Positions 45,876 through 57,022 of a DNA stretch of 64,000 bases are shown here, in pieces. The notes below the pieces were generated by a model, which was given only the letters and a program-made list of their open reading frames with translations, had not been told where the DNA came from and did no database searches. The translations under genes were made by a program, and so were the position numbers. Position 1 is the first letter of the stretch. The number at the start of each line of letters is the position of its first letter. The stretch comes from Nitrospirota bacterium (GTDB lineage Bacteria; Nitrospirota; Thermodesulfovibrionia; Thermodesulfovibrionales; BMS3Bbin05), in assembly GCA_020351835.1 (NCBI GenBank), contig CP070669.1, positions 102,782 through 166,781 of the forward strand, read 5' to 3'.

Positions 45876-46730
45876 TTAATTGATATATCGCAGAGGATTT
45901 GCTGAAGCTGCCATACGCACGGTCTCCGGGTCGAAACCGTTCTTTATAAGCAGGTCTATCGATTCTGACAGTGTAATGCAACTGCCCGCTATGGTACCAT
46001 CCTTCAGATAAACAGCCTTCTTAGCAGATCTCCTTCCTTTGACAGCATCCGATATTATTATCAATCTGTTCGAAGGCTTTACGGAAAAGATCAATTTGAG
46101 TGTGTTCAGATCAAGGTGAACACCATCGGCTATTATCTCAACGTATGTGTCATCATCCAGGAGCCCAAATCCTGCAAGGCCCGGCTCCCTGTGGTGCATC
46201 GGCCTCATAGCATTGAAGATATGCGTGATGCCGGTTGCACCAGCATTCTTGCCTCTAAGTGCCTCCCTGTACGTTGCATCGGAGTGGCCCATGTTCACCT
46301 TGATACCGCGGTCACGGCAAAACCTTATGACATCGGAGGCCTTTCTTAGCTCGGGAGCGATCGTCACGATGCGGATAATATCCTCGTATCCGTCTATTAT
46401 TGACCTCAAGGAAGAAATAGATGGAACAAGAAAGTGCGCCTTGTTAAGGGCACCTGCCCTGAGAGGGTTAAGAAAAGGCCCCTCAAGGTGAACCCCTATG
46501 ATATCTGCGCAATCTTCCCTGAGAGCTCCCATGGCCTTGCTTATCACCTCGAGCTGGCTCCTCATGACACCGATCTCATCCGGATAAATGGAGAGAACGA
46601 GGCCGCTGATACCGTTCGACTTCTCTGTCATAGCGATCTCTATTATGTCGTCCACATGTGATGTCGAAGTATCCAGCTTGCCAATCCCGTGTACATGAAG
46701 GTCTATAAGCTCGAGCTTCTTCTTTGTCAT
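45876..46730 (-). CDS. NagA-like amidohydrolase lacking the N-terminal beta-sandwich
   Basis: IDLHVHG and HLEGPFLNPLRAGA resemble the N-acetylglucosamine-6-phosphate deacetylase core. Only 284 aa. There is a 4-nt overlap with pdxA. Confidence 0.6.
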   Translation of the reverse strand: MTKKKLELIDLHVHGIGKLDTSTSHVDDIIEIAMTEKSNGISGLVLSIYPDEIGVMRSQLEVISKAMGALREDCADIIGVHLEGPFLNPLRAGALNKAHFLVPSISSLRSIIDGYEDIIRIVTIAPELRKASDVIRFCRDRGIKVNMGHSDATYREALRGKNAGATGITHIFNAMRPMHHREPGLAGFGLLDDDTYVEIIADGVHLDLNTLKLIFSVKPSNRLIIISDAVKGRRSAKKAVYLKDGTIAGSCITLSESIDLLIKNGFDPETVRMAASANPLRYIN

Positions 46731-47698
46731 AAGTTCATCCTTTCGGCCATTAATATGGCCTCTATCATGCTTGATGGATCAGCAACACCCCGCCACGCTA
46801 TATCATACGCAGTACCATGATCGGGAGATGTTCTGATAATAGGCAGACCAATGGTCGTATTTACCCCTGAATCGAAGTGTATCATCTTAAAGGGGATGAG
46901 GCCCTGGTCATGGTACATTGCAACAATTATATCGAACTTACCATCCAGAGCTTTTCTGAAAATAGTATCAGGCGGGTACGGACCGCTCACATCCAGTCCT
47001 CTTTCTCTAGCCTTGATTATCGCAGGCCCTATAGCTTTCTTTTCACTCGTTCCGAACATTCCTCCTTCACCGGCGTGAGGATTAAGCCCGGCGACACCTA
47101 TCCTTGGATGCTCTATCGACAACATTCTTGATGCAATCCGGGCCATGTCGAGGGTATCGGCTACCCTCTCTTCGTTAATAAGTGCAGGGACCGACCTGAT
47201 CGGCACATGTATGGTCGCAAGTATAACCTTTAACCTGGGCCCTGCGAACATCATTGCCGTCCTTCCGGCACCTGTAAGTTCGGCGATCATCTCCGTATGT
47301 CCCGGCCATGAATACTTTGCCAGCTTAACAGCCTCTTTAGAAATGGGAGCTGTGACCACGGCATGGACCTTTCTCTCAAGGCATAGACTAACCGCCTTCT
47401 TTATTGATTCGACCGCAGCAGTGCCTCCGGCAGCCGACGGTTCCGACCTGGTTAAATGTCCACTCTCATCAATACTAACGAAATACACTTTCTCAGTATC
47501 TGACATCCATGAGATATCTTCAATAAGAGATATCTTCGAACCCGTTAACCCTATTGCTTCCCTGATCACATTCCTGTTGCCTACTATCAAGGGTATTACC
47601 CTCTCACGGACCGACCTGTCGCTCACCGCTTTAACAACGACCTCGGGTCCGATCCCGCCCGGGTCTCCCATGGTTATTGCAATCAATTTCTTTTTCAT
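46727..47698 (-). CDS. pdxA: 4-hydroxythreonine-4-phosphate dehydrogenase
   Basis: ITMGDPGGIGPE, GHTE, GLNPHAGE, YHDQGLIPFK, RTSPDHGTA. Confidence 0.93.
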   Translation of the reverse strand: MKKKLIAITMGDPGGIGPEVVVKAVSDRSVRERVIPLIVGNRNVIREAIGLTGSKISLIEDISWMSDTEKVYFVSIDESGHLTRSEPSAAGGTAAVESIKKAVSLCLERKVHAVVTAPISKEAVKLAKYSWPGHTEMIAELTGAGRTAMMFAGPRLKVILATIHVPIRSVPALINEERVADTLDMARIASRMLSIEHPRIGVAGLNPHAGEGGMFGTSEKKAIGPAIIKARERGLDVSGPYPPDTIFRKALDGKFDIIVAMYHDQGLIPFKMIHFDSGVNTTIGLPIIRTSPDHGTAYDIAWRGVADPSSMIEAILMAERMNL

Positions 47699-47772
47699 TA
47701 TGAACAGTATTTAGAATTAAGCTCTTTTTTATGATAGATTATACCACTTATGGTATTGGACGGTTGCAGTGA

Positions 47773-48870
<1,098 letters not shown>

Positions 48871-48871
48871 A

Positions 48872-49066
48872 CTACTTGTCCCGTTCCTTGAGCACTATCT
48901 TGTGGTCCCGCAATGAGATCAACCTGACATCGCCCTCGAACACCTTTTGCTCACCGAACAGGCTTTTGAGGAAAACCTTGTCCTCCTCAAGTCTCACTTC
49001 ATCAACGTTCTCAAGGTACAGCTCTTCATTGCCGTCCTTGTATATATAAGCATTCGTGTCACACAT
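48872..49066 (-). CDS. cooT: CooT-family small nickel-binding protein
   Basis: 64 aa beginning MCDTNAY (Cys2). The beta-rich pattern resembles CooT. The ORF extends to 49090, but family members start at MC. Confidence 0.6.
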   Translation of the reverse strand: MCDTNAYIYKDGNEELYLENVDEVRLEEDKVFLKSLFGEQKVFEGDVRLISLRDHKIVLKERDK

Positions 49067-49210
49067 AGCTCTCCTCCATGGGAATATCATATCTGCAGCA
49101 CAGCTGCTATTAATTTATATTCTAACATTCAACTATCTCATAATAAAGATATGCTGATTAATATGATAGGATATAATGTAGTCCAGCAGGACGAGATAGC
49201 CGGGTCAAAC

Positions 49211-49525
49211 ATGGAATATATAATAGTGTTTATAACTGCATCAAACGAGGACGAAGCAGGGGGAATAGCCCGGAAGCTCGTTGAGGAAAAGTTGGCTGCC
49301 TGCGTAAACATTATCAGGGACATAAGGTCTGTATATATGTGGAAAGGTAAGATAGAGGACGACACGGAAGTCCTGATGATAGTAAAAACACGAAAAGAGC
49401 ACTTTGAGAAGCTCAGAGACGTCGTAACCGAACTTCACAGTTACGAAGTGCCTGAGGTCATATCATTGCCTTTAATTGCCGGATCGGAGCCATACCTCGC
49501 ATGGCTCAAAGATGTTACCGGTTAA
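49211..49525 (+). CDS. cutA: Divalent-cation tolerance protein CutA
   Basis: KLAACVNI...S.Y.WKGKIE...E..L..KT...HSYEVPE signature. About 104 aa from ATG at 49211. Confidence 0.88.
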   Translation: MEYIIVFITASNEDEAGGIARKLVEEKLAACVNIIRDIRSVYMWKGKIEDDTEVLMIVKTRKEHFEKLRDVVTELHSYEVPEVISLPLIAGSEPYLAWLKDVTG

Positions 49526-49528
49526 CCC

Positions 49529-49756
49529 TTATACCGCCTCGACCGCTTTTATTTCGGACACTTCTTCCTTAAGTTTGGCCTCGATACCGTTCTTCAAGGT
49601 AAGGGTCGACATAGGGCAGGATCCGCAAGCTCCTACTAGCTTTACCTTTACTACTCCGTCGTCCGTAACATCGACCAGCTCTACATCTCCTCCATCCCTC
49701 TGCAACAGCGGCCTGACAATATCCAGCACTTCTTGAACCTTCGATCTATCTACCAT
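49529..49756 (-). CDS. NifU-like (Nfu C-terminal) Fe-S scaffold domain protein
   Basis: 75 aa with [14 protein letters not shown] and GACGSCP (CxxC). Confidence 0.85.
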   Translation of the reverse strand: MVDRSKVQEVLDIVRPLLQRDGGDVELVDVTDDGVVKVKLVGACGSCPMSTLTLKNGIEAKLKEEVSEIKAVEAV

Positions 49757-49901
49757 TACAGCCTCCTTAACTATCTGATATTACTTGTTTTATGTTAACT
49801 CATCTCTTCAGGGAATAACAAGCCATTAATGATAATGATGTGTTAGAATGTTTAATTAAAAGGCTTTTTGTGCAATCTCTATCGATCATGGACATCATTC
49901 A

Positions 49902-50471
49902 ATGAGGATAACAAGACCTTTAAAAGCGATGCAGGCTCTGCTACTGGTACTTATTTTGTTTGCCTCTATCGAAGCAAGAGGAGCTGAGATAGGTACTGCA
50001 GAAGCGACTATCATCAATGGGTTAATAAAGATCAATGCCAATCTTGTTATCGATCCGGCTCATATTAGCGATCTTGATAGCGGTTTTGAGAAGGAATATA
50101 TCTTTTATATAGACCTGTTCAGGTCCTGGACAATCTGGCCTGATGAGTTCATATCGGGAACCAGGATCATTCGCAAGATAAAGAGCGATCCGGTAAAGAA
50201 AGAGTACTCGGTCCGTTCCTCGACCAACGGCAAGGATAAAGAGCACAGGTTCAACAGCCTGGAGTCAATGTTATCAGAGGCACTTATAATCAAGGACCTG
50301 GCGCTGGCTGACACAAGGACGCTTCTGCCAGGTGATTACTATGTAAAAGTTTCGGCTCTATCCAGGATAAGAAAGCTCGCACCTATAGTCAGTTACCTGC
50401 TCTTCTTCATACCCGATGAGGAGTTCAGGGTAGAAAAGCTGACATCAACCTTTAAGATCCAAAAACAATGA
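49902..50471 (+). CDS. DUF4390-like secreted protein preceding ntrY
   Basis: Signal peptide LLLVLILFASIEARG. Position and size match the gene usually found upstream of ntrYX. There is a 4-nt overlap with ntrY. Confidence 0.6.
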   Translation: MRITRPLKAMQALLLVLILFASIEARGAEIGTAEATIINGLIKINANLVIDPAHISDLDSGFEKEYIFYIDLFRSWTIWPDEFISGTRIIRKIKSDPVKKEYSVRSSTNGKDKEHRFNSLESMLSEALIIKDLALADTRTLLPGDYYVKVSALSRIRKLAPIVSYLLFFIPDEEFRVEKLTSTFKIQKQ

Positions 50472-52501
50472 AGAACAAAAGATTCATAATATTAGTCTCT
50501 CTCCTTTTTGTTCTCCTGCTCGTGGCATTGAACATTGAGTACTACTACCTGCAGATCGAGACCGATGTTACTACGAAGTTCCTGATAATATTCCTCTTTA
50601 ACTTTTCAATAATCTCCCTCCTTACACTCATCTTCTTCGTTTCGAAGAACCTGTTCCGTTTATGGATGGAGAAGAGAAGAAGGATAATCGGTTATAAGTT
50701 CAAGACAAAGCTGGTAGCTACTTTCGTTATCCTCACGCTGGTACCGTCATTGATGCTGTTCCTGATAGCAAGCGAGATAGTCTCTAACTACATAGACAGG
50801 TGGTTCGATCCTCAGATCGAAAGGCCGCTTAAGGATTCTGTAGAACTTTCCAGAACGTTCTACGAGATCGAGCGGGAGCGAACTATAAATAAGGCAAGAA
50901 AAGTGATAAGAGGTGAGATATTCAGGGATAACATAACTGTCCGCATCCTTGAAGAGATGCCGGAGGATGCTTCTGAAACGATAAAGAACGCCTTCGAGGG
51001 TAAAGAAGGTACGGAGGTGATTACGAGGGAGGATGCGGACGTTATAAGGGCCGTTATCCCTGAGCTTAAGGGCAAAGAGGTAATAAGAGTGTTCGTTGCA
51101 GAAGGCCTCGTCCCCCCCGGCATAGTGGAAAAGATAGAGAACATAAAGTTCGCTCAGGGCAATTATACGGCGATGAAGAAGCTCAAGCTCCCGTTGAAGC
51201 TTAATTACCTGCTGGTCCTTGCGTTCTTTACATCACTTATCGTTTTTATGGCTATGTGGGTAGCTCTGAAGATCTCAAAGGGTATCACTGAGCCCATCGG
51301 TACCCTTGCAAATGCAACGGAAGATATCGCAACAGGCAACCTGGATGTAACGATAGATATGGAAAGGGATGATGAGATAGGCATGCTTGTATCATCCTTT
51401 AACAATATGGTTAGCGAGCTTAAAGATAGCAAGGAATCGCTTGTAAGGGCATATCTTGAAGCAGACAGAAGAAGGGTAGCTATCGAAAGTATTGTCGAGA
51501 ACGTTGAGGCGGGAGTTATATCGACGGACAATAACGGCCGTGTGCGGACTATCAACGATTCCGCCTGCAGGATCCTGGGTATCGACAGGGCAGAGCTTGA
51601 AAAGGAGAGGTGGAACTATGAAAAGCTTCTGTCGAAGATAGAATCGGAGGACCTGAAGGAGTTCATAAAGACGATCGATCTCACTGACACAAGGACTATA
51701 AGGGATCAGGTCACTATACATATTAACGGCAAGAAGCTCATTCTGAAACTTTTTATAACGAGGTTAATGCTTCCCGACGACAGACCGGTCGGATTGCTTG
51801 TCGTCTTTGATGATCTCACGGACATAATAAGGGCTGAGCAGGCCCTGACCTGGCAGGATATTGCAAGGAGGATCGCCCACGAGATAAAGAACCCTCTTAC
51901 CCCTATCAAACTTTCGGCGGAGAGGATCATGAAGAAATGGGAAAAGAAAGACGATGACCTTGGCCATACGATCGACAGTGCCACACGGACCATAATTCGC
52001 GAGGTAAATGGATTAAGGAAACTTGTAGACGAGTTCACAAAGTTCGGAAGGATGCCCGAGATAACAAAACTTGACGCGGATCTTGTAAGCATAATGAAGG
52101 AAGCGGTAGAGCTGTACAGCGAATATGAAGATGTGAACATAAGTGTAGATATGAACAATGGCATACCGAATATAAGCCTTGACCCTGAACAGATAAGAAG
52201 AGTACTGATAAACCTTCTGGATAATGCGATCAACGCAATAGATGGAAGAGGAGAGATAATTGTAAGCGGGGAGTATTTACCCAAAGAGGAGAGGATAAGG
52301 CTGGAAATAGCCGACAGCGGGAAGGGGATAGAGGAGGAAGATATGGATAAACTTTTCCTTCCCTATTTCTCTACATCAAAGGACGGAACCGGCCTTGGAC
52401 TGGCCATATCTCATATGATAATATCGAAGCATGGGGGCACTATAAGCGTTGCCAACAGGTCTCCGCATGGAGCCGTATTTAGCATTGAACTCCCGGTATA
52501 G
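50468..52501 (+). CDS. ntrY: NtrY-like sensor histidine kinase (TM-HAMP-PAS-HisKA-HATPase)
   Basis: H-box IAHEIKNPLTPIKLSAERI and GTGLGLAISH. Multiple N-terminal TM helices. Confidence 0.88.
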   Translation: MKNKRFIILVSLLFVLLLVALNIEYYYLQIETDVTTKFLIIFLFNFSIISLLTLIFFVSKNLFRLWMEKRRRIIGYKFKTKLVATFVILTLVPSLMLFLIASEIVSNYIDRWFDPQIERPLKDSVELSRTFYEIERERTINKARKVIRGEIFRDNITVRILEEMPEDASETIKNAFEGKEGTEVITREDADVIRAVIPELKGKEVIRVFVAEGLVPPGIVEKIENIKFAQGNYTAMKKLKLPLKLNYLLVLAFFTSLIVFMAMWVALKISKGITEPIGTLANATEDIATGNLDVTIDMERDDEIGMLVSSFNNMVSELKDSKESLVRAYLEADRRRVAIESIVENVEAGVISTDNNGRVRTINDSACRILGIDRAELEKERWNYEKLLSKIESEDLKEFIKTIDLTDTRTIRDQVTIHINGKKLILKLFITRLMLPDDRPVGLLVVFDDLTDIIRAEQALTWQDIARRIAHEIKNPLTPIKLSAERIMKKWEKKDDDLGHTIDSATRTIIREVNGLRKLVDEFTKFGRMPEITKLDADLVSIMKEAVELYSEYEDVNISVDMNNGIPNISLDPEQIRRVLINLLDNAINAIDGRGEIIVSGEYLPKEERIRLEIADSGKGIEEEDMDKLFLPYFSTSKDGTGLGLAISHMIISKHGGTISVANRSPHGAVFSIELPV

Positions 52502-52510
52502 GAAGATAAC

Positions 52511-53854
52511 ATGGCTGATGAGACGATACTGGTAATTGACGATGAACAAGGGATAAGGGACACCCTTAAGGGCATCCTTGAGGATGAAGGTTACAATGTT
52601 ATAACGGCCGAATCCTCGGAGGATGGTATTGAGCTCCTTAAGAGGTCGCTTCCTGACCTCGTGATACTGGATATATGGCTTCCAAATATGGACGGGATAG
52701 AGGCACTCTCGATAATACGTGACATCATGCCTGACCTTCCCGTGGTTATGATCTCAGGGCATGCTAACGTTGAACTTGCCGTCAAATCTACGAAACTCGG
52801 CGCATATGATTTTCTCGAAAAGCCCCTTTCGCTCGATAGGATAATCATTACGGTCGAAAGAGCGCTGGAAAAGAGCGCTCTGATAAAGAAGTATAAGGAG
52901 CTACAGGATGGGTACTCTCATTCACACCGCCTTGTCGGCAGATCGGCCGGAATTAAGGCAGTTCTGGACCAGATAGACAAAGCTGCACAGAGCAGCGCAA
53001 CAGTATTGATATCAGGAGAGAGCGGGGCGGGCAAGGAGATCGTTGCCAGACTGCTTCACAGCGCAAGCGAAAGGGCTGATAAACCTTTCGTAGAAGTGAA
53101 CTGTGCCGCAATTCCCCAGGAACTGATAGAAAGCGAGCTTTTCGGCCATGAAAAGGGTTCGTTCACTGGAGCTTTCGAGACAAAGAAAGGGAAGTTCGAG
53201 CTTGCCAACAATGGCACTCTCTTCCTAGATGAGATAGGTGATATGTCGTTACAGACACAGGCCAAGGTCCTGAGGGTCATTGAGACACAGGTATTTCAGA
53301 AGGTAGGGGGCAGCAGGAACATAGAGGTTGATGTGAGGATAATTGCCGCGACCAACAAGAACCTGCTTGAGGAGATAAAGGAGGGAAACTTCAGGGAGGA
53401 CCTTTATTTCAGGCTTAATGTAATACCCATCTCTATTCTACCTTTAAGAGAACGGCGGGAAGATATCCCGCTTCTTGTAGAGCACTTTCTTACAAGATTA
53501 GCAAGTGAGCACCGCAAGGCCCAAAAAACGGTATCCGAACCTGCCATGGACAAGCTCAAGAAATATGACTGGCCCGGCAATGTACGGGAGCTTAAGAACT
53601 GTATAGAGCGTATGCTTATAATGGTCCCGGGTGATGAGATAAAGGCCGGGCACGTTGATATGTTCGAGGGGGATGAAAGGGAGTTCTTTAATTACTCAAG
53701 CCTGAGGGAAGCGAGGGAGGCGTTTGAGAAACATTTCATTATTAAAAAGCTAAAGGAGAACAACTGGAACATATCGAAGACCTCAGAGGTTCTCGAGATC
53801 GAAAGGAGCAACCTCCACCGTAAGATCAAGGCATACGGGATCACCATCCCCTAG
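52511..53854 (+). CDS. ntrX: NtrX-like sigma-54-dependent response regulator
   Basis: Receiver DLVILDIWLPNMDG, GESGAGKE, ESELFGHEKGSFTGA, WPGNVRELKN, C-terminal HTH. Confidence 0.9.
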   Translation: MADETILVIDDEQGIRDTLKGILEDEGYNVITAESSEDGIELLKRSLPDLVILDIWLPNMDGIEALSIIRDIMPDLPVVMISGHANVELAVKSTKLGAYDFLEKPLSLDRIIITVERALEKSALIKKYKELQDGYSHSHRLVGRSAGIKAVLDQIDKAAQSSATVLISGESGAGKEIVARLLHSASERADKPFVEVNCAAIPQELIESELFGHEKGSFTGAFETKKGKFELANNGTLFLDEIGDMSLQTQAKVLRVIETQVFQKVGGSRNIEVDVRIIAATNKNLLEEIKEGNFREDLYFRLNVIPISILPLRERREDIPLLVEHFLTRLASEHRKAQKTVSEPAMDKLKKYDWPGNVRELKNCIERMLIMVPGDEIKAGHVDMFEGDEREFFNYSSLREAREAFEKHFIIKKLKENNWNISKTSEVLEIERSNLHRKIKAYGITIP

Positions 53855-55038
53855 CTGTCTAATTCAGCTACCGTATCATCTTCCAGGGAGACCTCAAGCT
53901 GTTTTGCATCGGAAGATCCATCACTGATCCTGCTTATATTGTCCCCGAACCTTGAGATATGACCCTCAATGTCCCTGTACTTCGATGCCGTTCTGCTGAT
54001 ATGCCCCCCCAGGGTCTGGAACTCTCCTTCGAACTTCCGGAAATCACCCTGTAACTGCTGGATACCCCTGATTATCGATTGAGCCTGTTTTTCGATCTTC
54101 ATTCCCCTTAGCCCTAGCAGAATGGTCTGAAGATATGCGTAGAAACTGTTGGGTGATACAGGTATTACGTTCTTTTTGAGAGCATGGTCAAGTATGGATA
54201 CCTTATCATCCCTTTCATCCTTCAGGATAACCTCATAATATACATTCTCGGCAGGGATATACATAAGCGCGAAATCAAACGTCCCCTCATCCGGAAGGAT
54301 ATATTTATCGGCGATATCATCGATATGTTTCCTTACGGAGGTCCTGAACTGCCTTGCAGATATCTTTGAGGGTTCTTCTCCTTCCTGTGCATTTATCAGG
54401 TCATTGAACCCTCCCATCGGGAACTTGGCATCAATGGGTATCAAGCCATTCCCAAGCCTTATCACTGCATCGACCCTTCCGGACCTGAAGTTATGCTGCA
54501 GACTGTAGTATTCGGGAGGAAGTATCTGGGCCAGCAGCTCCGCTAGCATGAACTCTGCCATTCCTCCTCTGAACTTAGGGGCCTTGAGCAGGTTTTGAAG
54601 CTGGTTAAGTTCCTTGCCAAGCTCAAATATCTGCTTGTTCGACTCTTCTATCTGTCCGATCTTGCCCTTTAGGTCGGCTATGACCTTCGAAGCACTATCC
54701 AGCCGCTCTCCCACCGAGCTCTGGGTCTGCTGAATGATAGAAACGTTCTCCTTCAGACGGTTTGCAACGTTCTCGGTAACCGACCGCATCTGCTCTGACA
54801 GGCCGGTATTGATCTGTCCGATCGTGTCCATGAAGAGCTTTGTTATGCCTGCCATCTGCTGGTTAATGTTCTGGTTCCCGGTATCAAGCGATTGCTGCAC
54901 CTGCGTACGTAGTGCGTCCAACTGAGATTGCATCATCAGGAGTGACTGGTCCTTCTTTCTTCCTGCCCTTGAAAGGACGACCACAACAGCAACCACTATG
55001 ACAGCGAGGAGCACTAAAAATACAGTATCGACAGGCAC
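53851..55038 (-). CDS. rmuC: DNA recombination protein RmuC
   Basis: N-terminal TM helix, long coiled coil, and a C-terminal nuclease-like region (DAVI.L....IPIDAKFP...MYIP.E). GTG start after AAGGGGGA. Confidence 0.85.
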   Translation of the reverse strand: MPVDTVFLVLLAVIVVAVVVVLSRAGRKKDQSLLMMQSQLDALRTQVQQSLDTGNQNINQQMAGITKLFMDTIGQINTGLSEQMRSVTENVANRLKENVSIIQQTQSSVGERLDSASKVIADLKGKIGQIEESNKQIFELGKELNQLQNLLKAPKFRGGMAEFMLAELLAQILPPEYYSLQHNFRSGRVDAVIRLGNGLIPIDAKFPMGGFNDLINAQEGEEPSKISARQFRTSVRKHIDDIADKYILPDEGTFDFALMYIPAENVYYEVILKDERDDKVSILDHALKKNVIPVSPNSFYAYLQTILLGLRGMKIEKQAQSIIRGIQQLQGDFRKFEGEFQTLGGHISRTASKYRDIEGHISRFGDNISRISDGSSDAKQLEVSLEDDTVAELDS

Positions 55039-55128
55039 GCTTCCCCCTTTTATTTTTCGCTATTACTATATATAATACTTAAAACCTGATTTTTTATACA
55101 TTATTCTTGACAATTTGATCGACACCGT

Positions 55129-55500
55129 ATGCAAGTAGGCTTTAATACAAATATACCCTATAAGGGTAAGGTCTATCATGTGCAGACCGAAGATACTCCG
55201 GAGACATTCTCACTGATCTCACTTCTTTATTTTAAGGGGGCCATTCTTGCATCCAGAAAGACGATATACGAACACCTGAAGGATGAACCGGACTATAAGG
55301 AAAAGGTCCGTGAACTGATGAAGGAGCAGCACAAGAACCTTATCAAGGAGCTTATCAACGGTAAGGTAACTGAAGGAGAACAAACAGCTGAACCGGTGGT
55401 TGAAATGAAGAAGGTCGAAAAGCAGGACGACTCGAAAAAGTACAAGAGCCTTGATGATATCCTCATAGATTATATAATAGACAAGGCAGGCGATAAATGA
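55129..55500 (+). CDS. Hypothetical protein
   Basis: 123-aa ORF, translationally coupled (ATGA) to ftsE. No domain recognised. Confidence 0.55.
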   Translation: MQVGFNTNIPYKGKVYHVQTEDTPETFSLISLLYFKGAILASRKTIYEHLKDEPDYKEKVRELMKEQHKNLIKELINGKVTEGEQTAEPVVEMKKVEKQDDSKKYKSLDDILIDYIIDKAGDK

Positions 55501-56159
55501 TCACTTTCTCCAACATCTCAAAAATATACGAGAACCACGCTGCTGTTAAGGACATCAACCTTCAGATAAACAAGGGTGAGCTTGTCTTCGTCACCGGAGC
55601 AAGCGGGGCAGGAAAAACCACCCTCCTAAAGCTCGTTTATGTCGCGGAAAAACCGGACACTGGCAGTATAGTGATAGCCGGCTATAACACATCTACGCTT
55701 AAAGAGAAAAGTATCCCCTTCTTAAGAAGAAATATAGGGGTAGTGTTCCAGGATTTTAAACTTCTTTCCAACAAAACTGTATACGATAATATCGCTCTAG
55801 CCCTCAGGATCAGAGGTGTTCAGGAGGGAGAGATCAAGAACAGGGTAAGCAATGCCCTGAAACTTGTAAACCTTAGGCACCGGTCTGAGAGCTACCCTCT
55901 TACGCTGTCTGGCGGAGAACAGCAGAGGGTTACCATAGCGAGAGCGATCGTTGACGAACCGACGGTCCTACTTGCTGATGAACCTACCGGGAACCTTGAT
56001 AGCGGTAATGCCAGGAGCATTATGGATATATTCAGGGAGATCAATGCCAAGGGCACAACGATAATGATAGCCACCCACAACCATGATCTTTTCAGGAACA
56101 CAGGCCTGAGAGTTGTGCAGCTTGAAGAAGGCAGGCTTATAGGGGAGACCGTAGGATGA
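55497..56159 (+). CDS. ftsE: Cell-division ABC ATPase FtsE
   Basis: GASGAGKTT, LSGGEQQRV, LLADEPTGNLD. Followed by ftsX. Confidence 0.93.
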   Translation: MITFSNISKIYENHAAVKDINLQINKGELVFVTGASGAGKTTLLKLVYVAEKPDTGSIVIAGYNTSTLKEKSIPFLRRNIGVVFQDFKLLSNKTVYDNIALALRIRGVQEGEIKNRVSNALKLVNLRHRSESYPLTLSGGEQQRVTIARAIVDEPTVLLADEPTGNLDSGNARSIMDIFREINAKGTTIMIATHNHDLFRNTGLRVVQLEEGRLIGETVG

Positions 56160-57022
56160 TGTATCTTTTGGGACTTGCTATAAAGAGCATACTGAGGGAG
56201 AAGTGGATAAATCTCCTCACTTCAATTACTATAGGGTTCTCTCTTCTTATCCTCTCGATGACTATATTTACCGTCTATAACATAGAAGGAGTGTCCGATA
56301 AACTTCCCGAGAAGTTTACGATAATGGTGTATCTCAAGGATGATCTCTCAAGCGACGAAATAATCAAGGCCCAGTCTCAGGTCGAGGGTAAGGAGCTCGT
56401 AAAAGAGGTCCTTTACATCTCAAAGGAAAAGGCTTTCAGTGAACTGAAGAGCAACCTGAAGGGATCGGCCTTCGTTCTTGAAGGTATCGAGGACAATCCT
56501 CTTTCGCCTTCTTTTGAGGTAAAGATAAAAAAGGAACTCTTTTCCGTTGAAAAGGTCGAATCATTAATAGATATCTTGCAGGATGAACCTTATGTGGAGG
56601 ATATCGACTACGGAAGGGGTTTCCTGGATTTCGTTCACTCGTTCCGCACCGCAATGAGGGCAGTCGGGATATTCTTTACATTACTTATAGTGTTCGCTAT
56701 CATCTTCGTTATATACAGCACGGTAAAGATCCTCTTCTACAGGAGGAAAGACGAGATAGAGACATATAAACTGCTGGGAGCAACAGCGGGTTTTATTCGT
56801 GCTCCGTTCCTTATAGAAGGAGGAGTTATAGGGTTTCTGGGCGGTCTTTTCGGTATTGCGGAATCTTACGCTTTCTACTATGTAATTGTCAGGCTGGGAC
56901 ACAACATCCCTCTTATCGGTTTTATGGACTTTCCGGTGCAGTTCTTTGCCGTGCTGCCTGTTGTCGGACTGATGCTGGGCCTCTTCGGGACGATCTTTGC
57001 GCTGGGAAGGATAAGGTTCTAG
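56156..57022 (+). CDS. ftsX: Cell-division permease-like protein FtsX
   Basis: 288 aa: TM1, a periplasmic loop, then 3 C-terminal TM helices. There is a 4-nt overlap with ftsE. Confidence 0.88.
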   Translation: MMYLLGLAIKSILREKWINLLTSITIGFSLLILSMTIFTVYNIEGVSDKLPEKFTIMVYLKDDLSSDEIIKAQSQVEGKELVKEVLYISKEKAFSELKSNLKGSAFVLEGIEDNPLSPSFEVKIKKELFSVEKVESLIDILQDEPYVEDIDYGRGFLDFVHSFRTAMRAVGIFFTLLIVFAIIFVIYSTVKILFYRRKDEIETYKLLGATAGFIRAPFLIEGGVIGFLGGLFGIAESYAFYYVIVRLGHNIPLIGFMDFPVQFFAVLPVVGLMLGLFGTIFALGRIRF

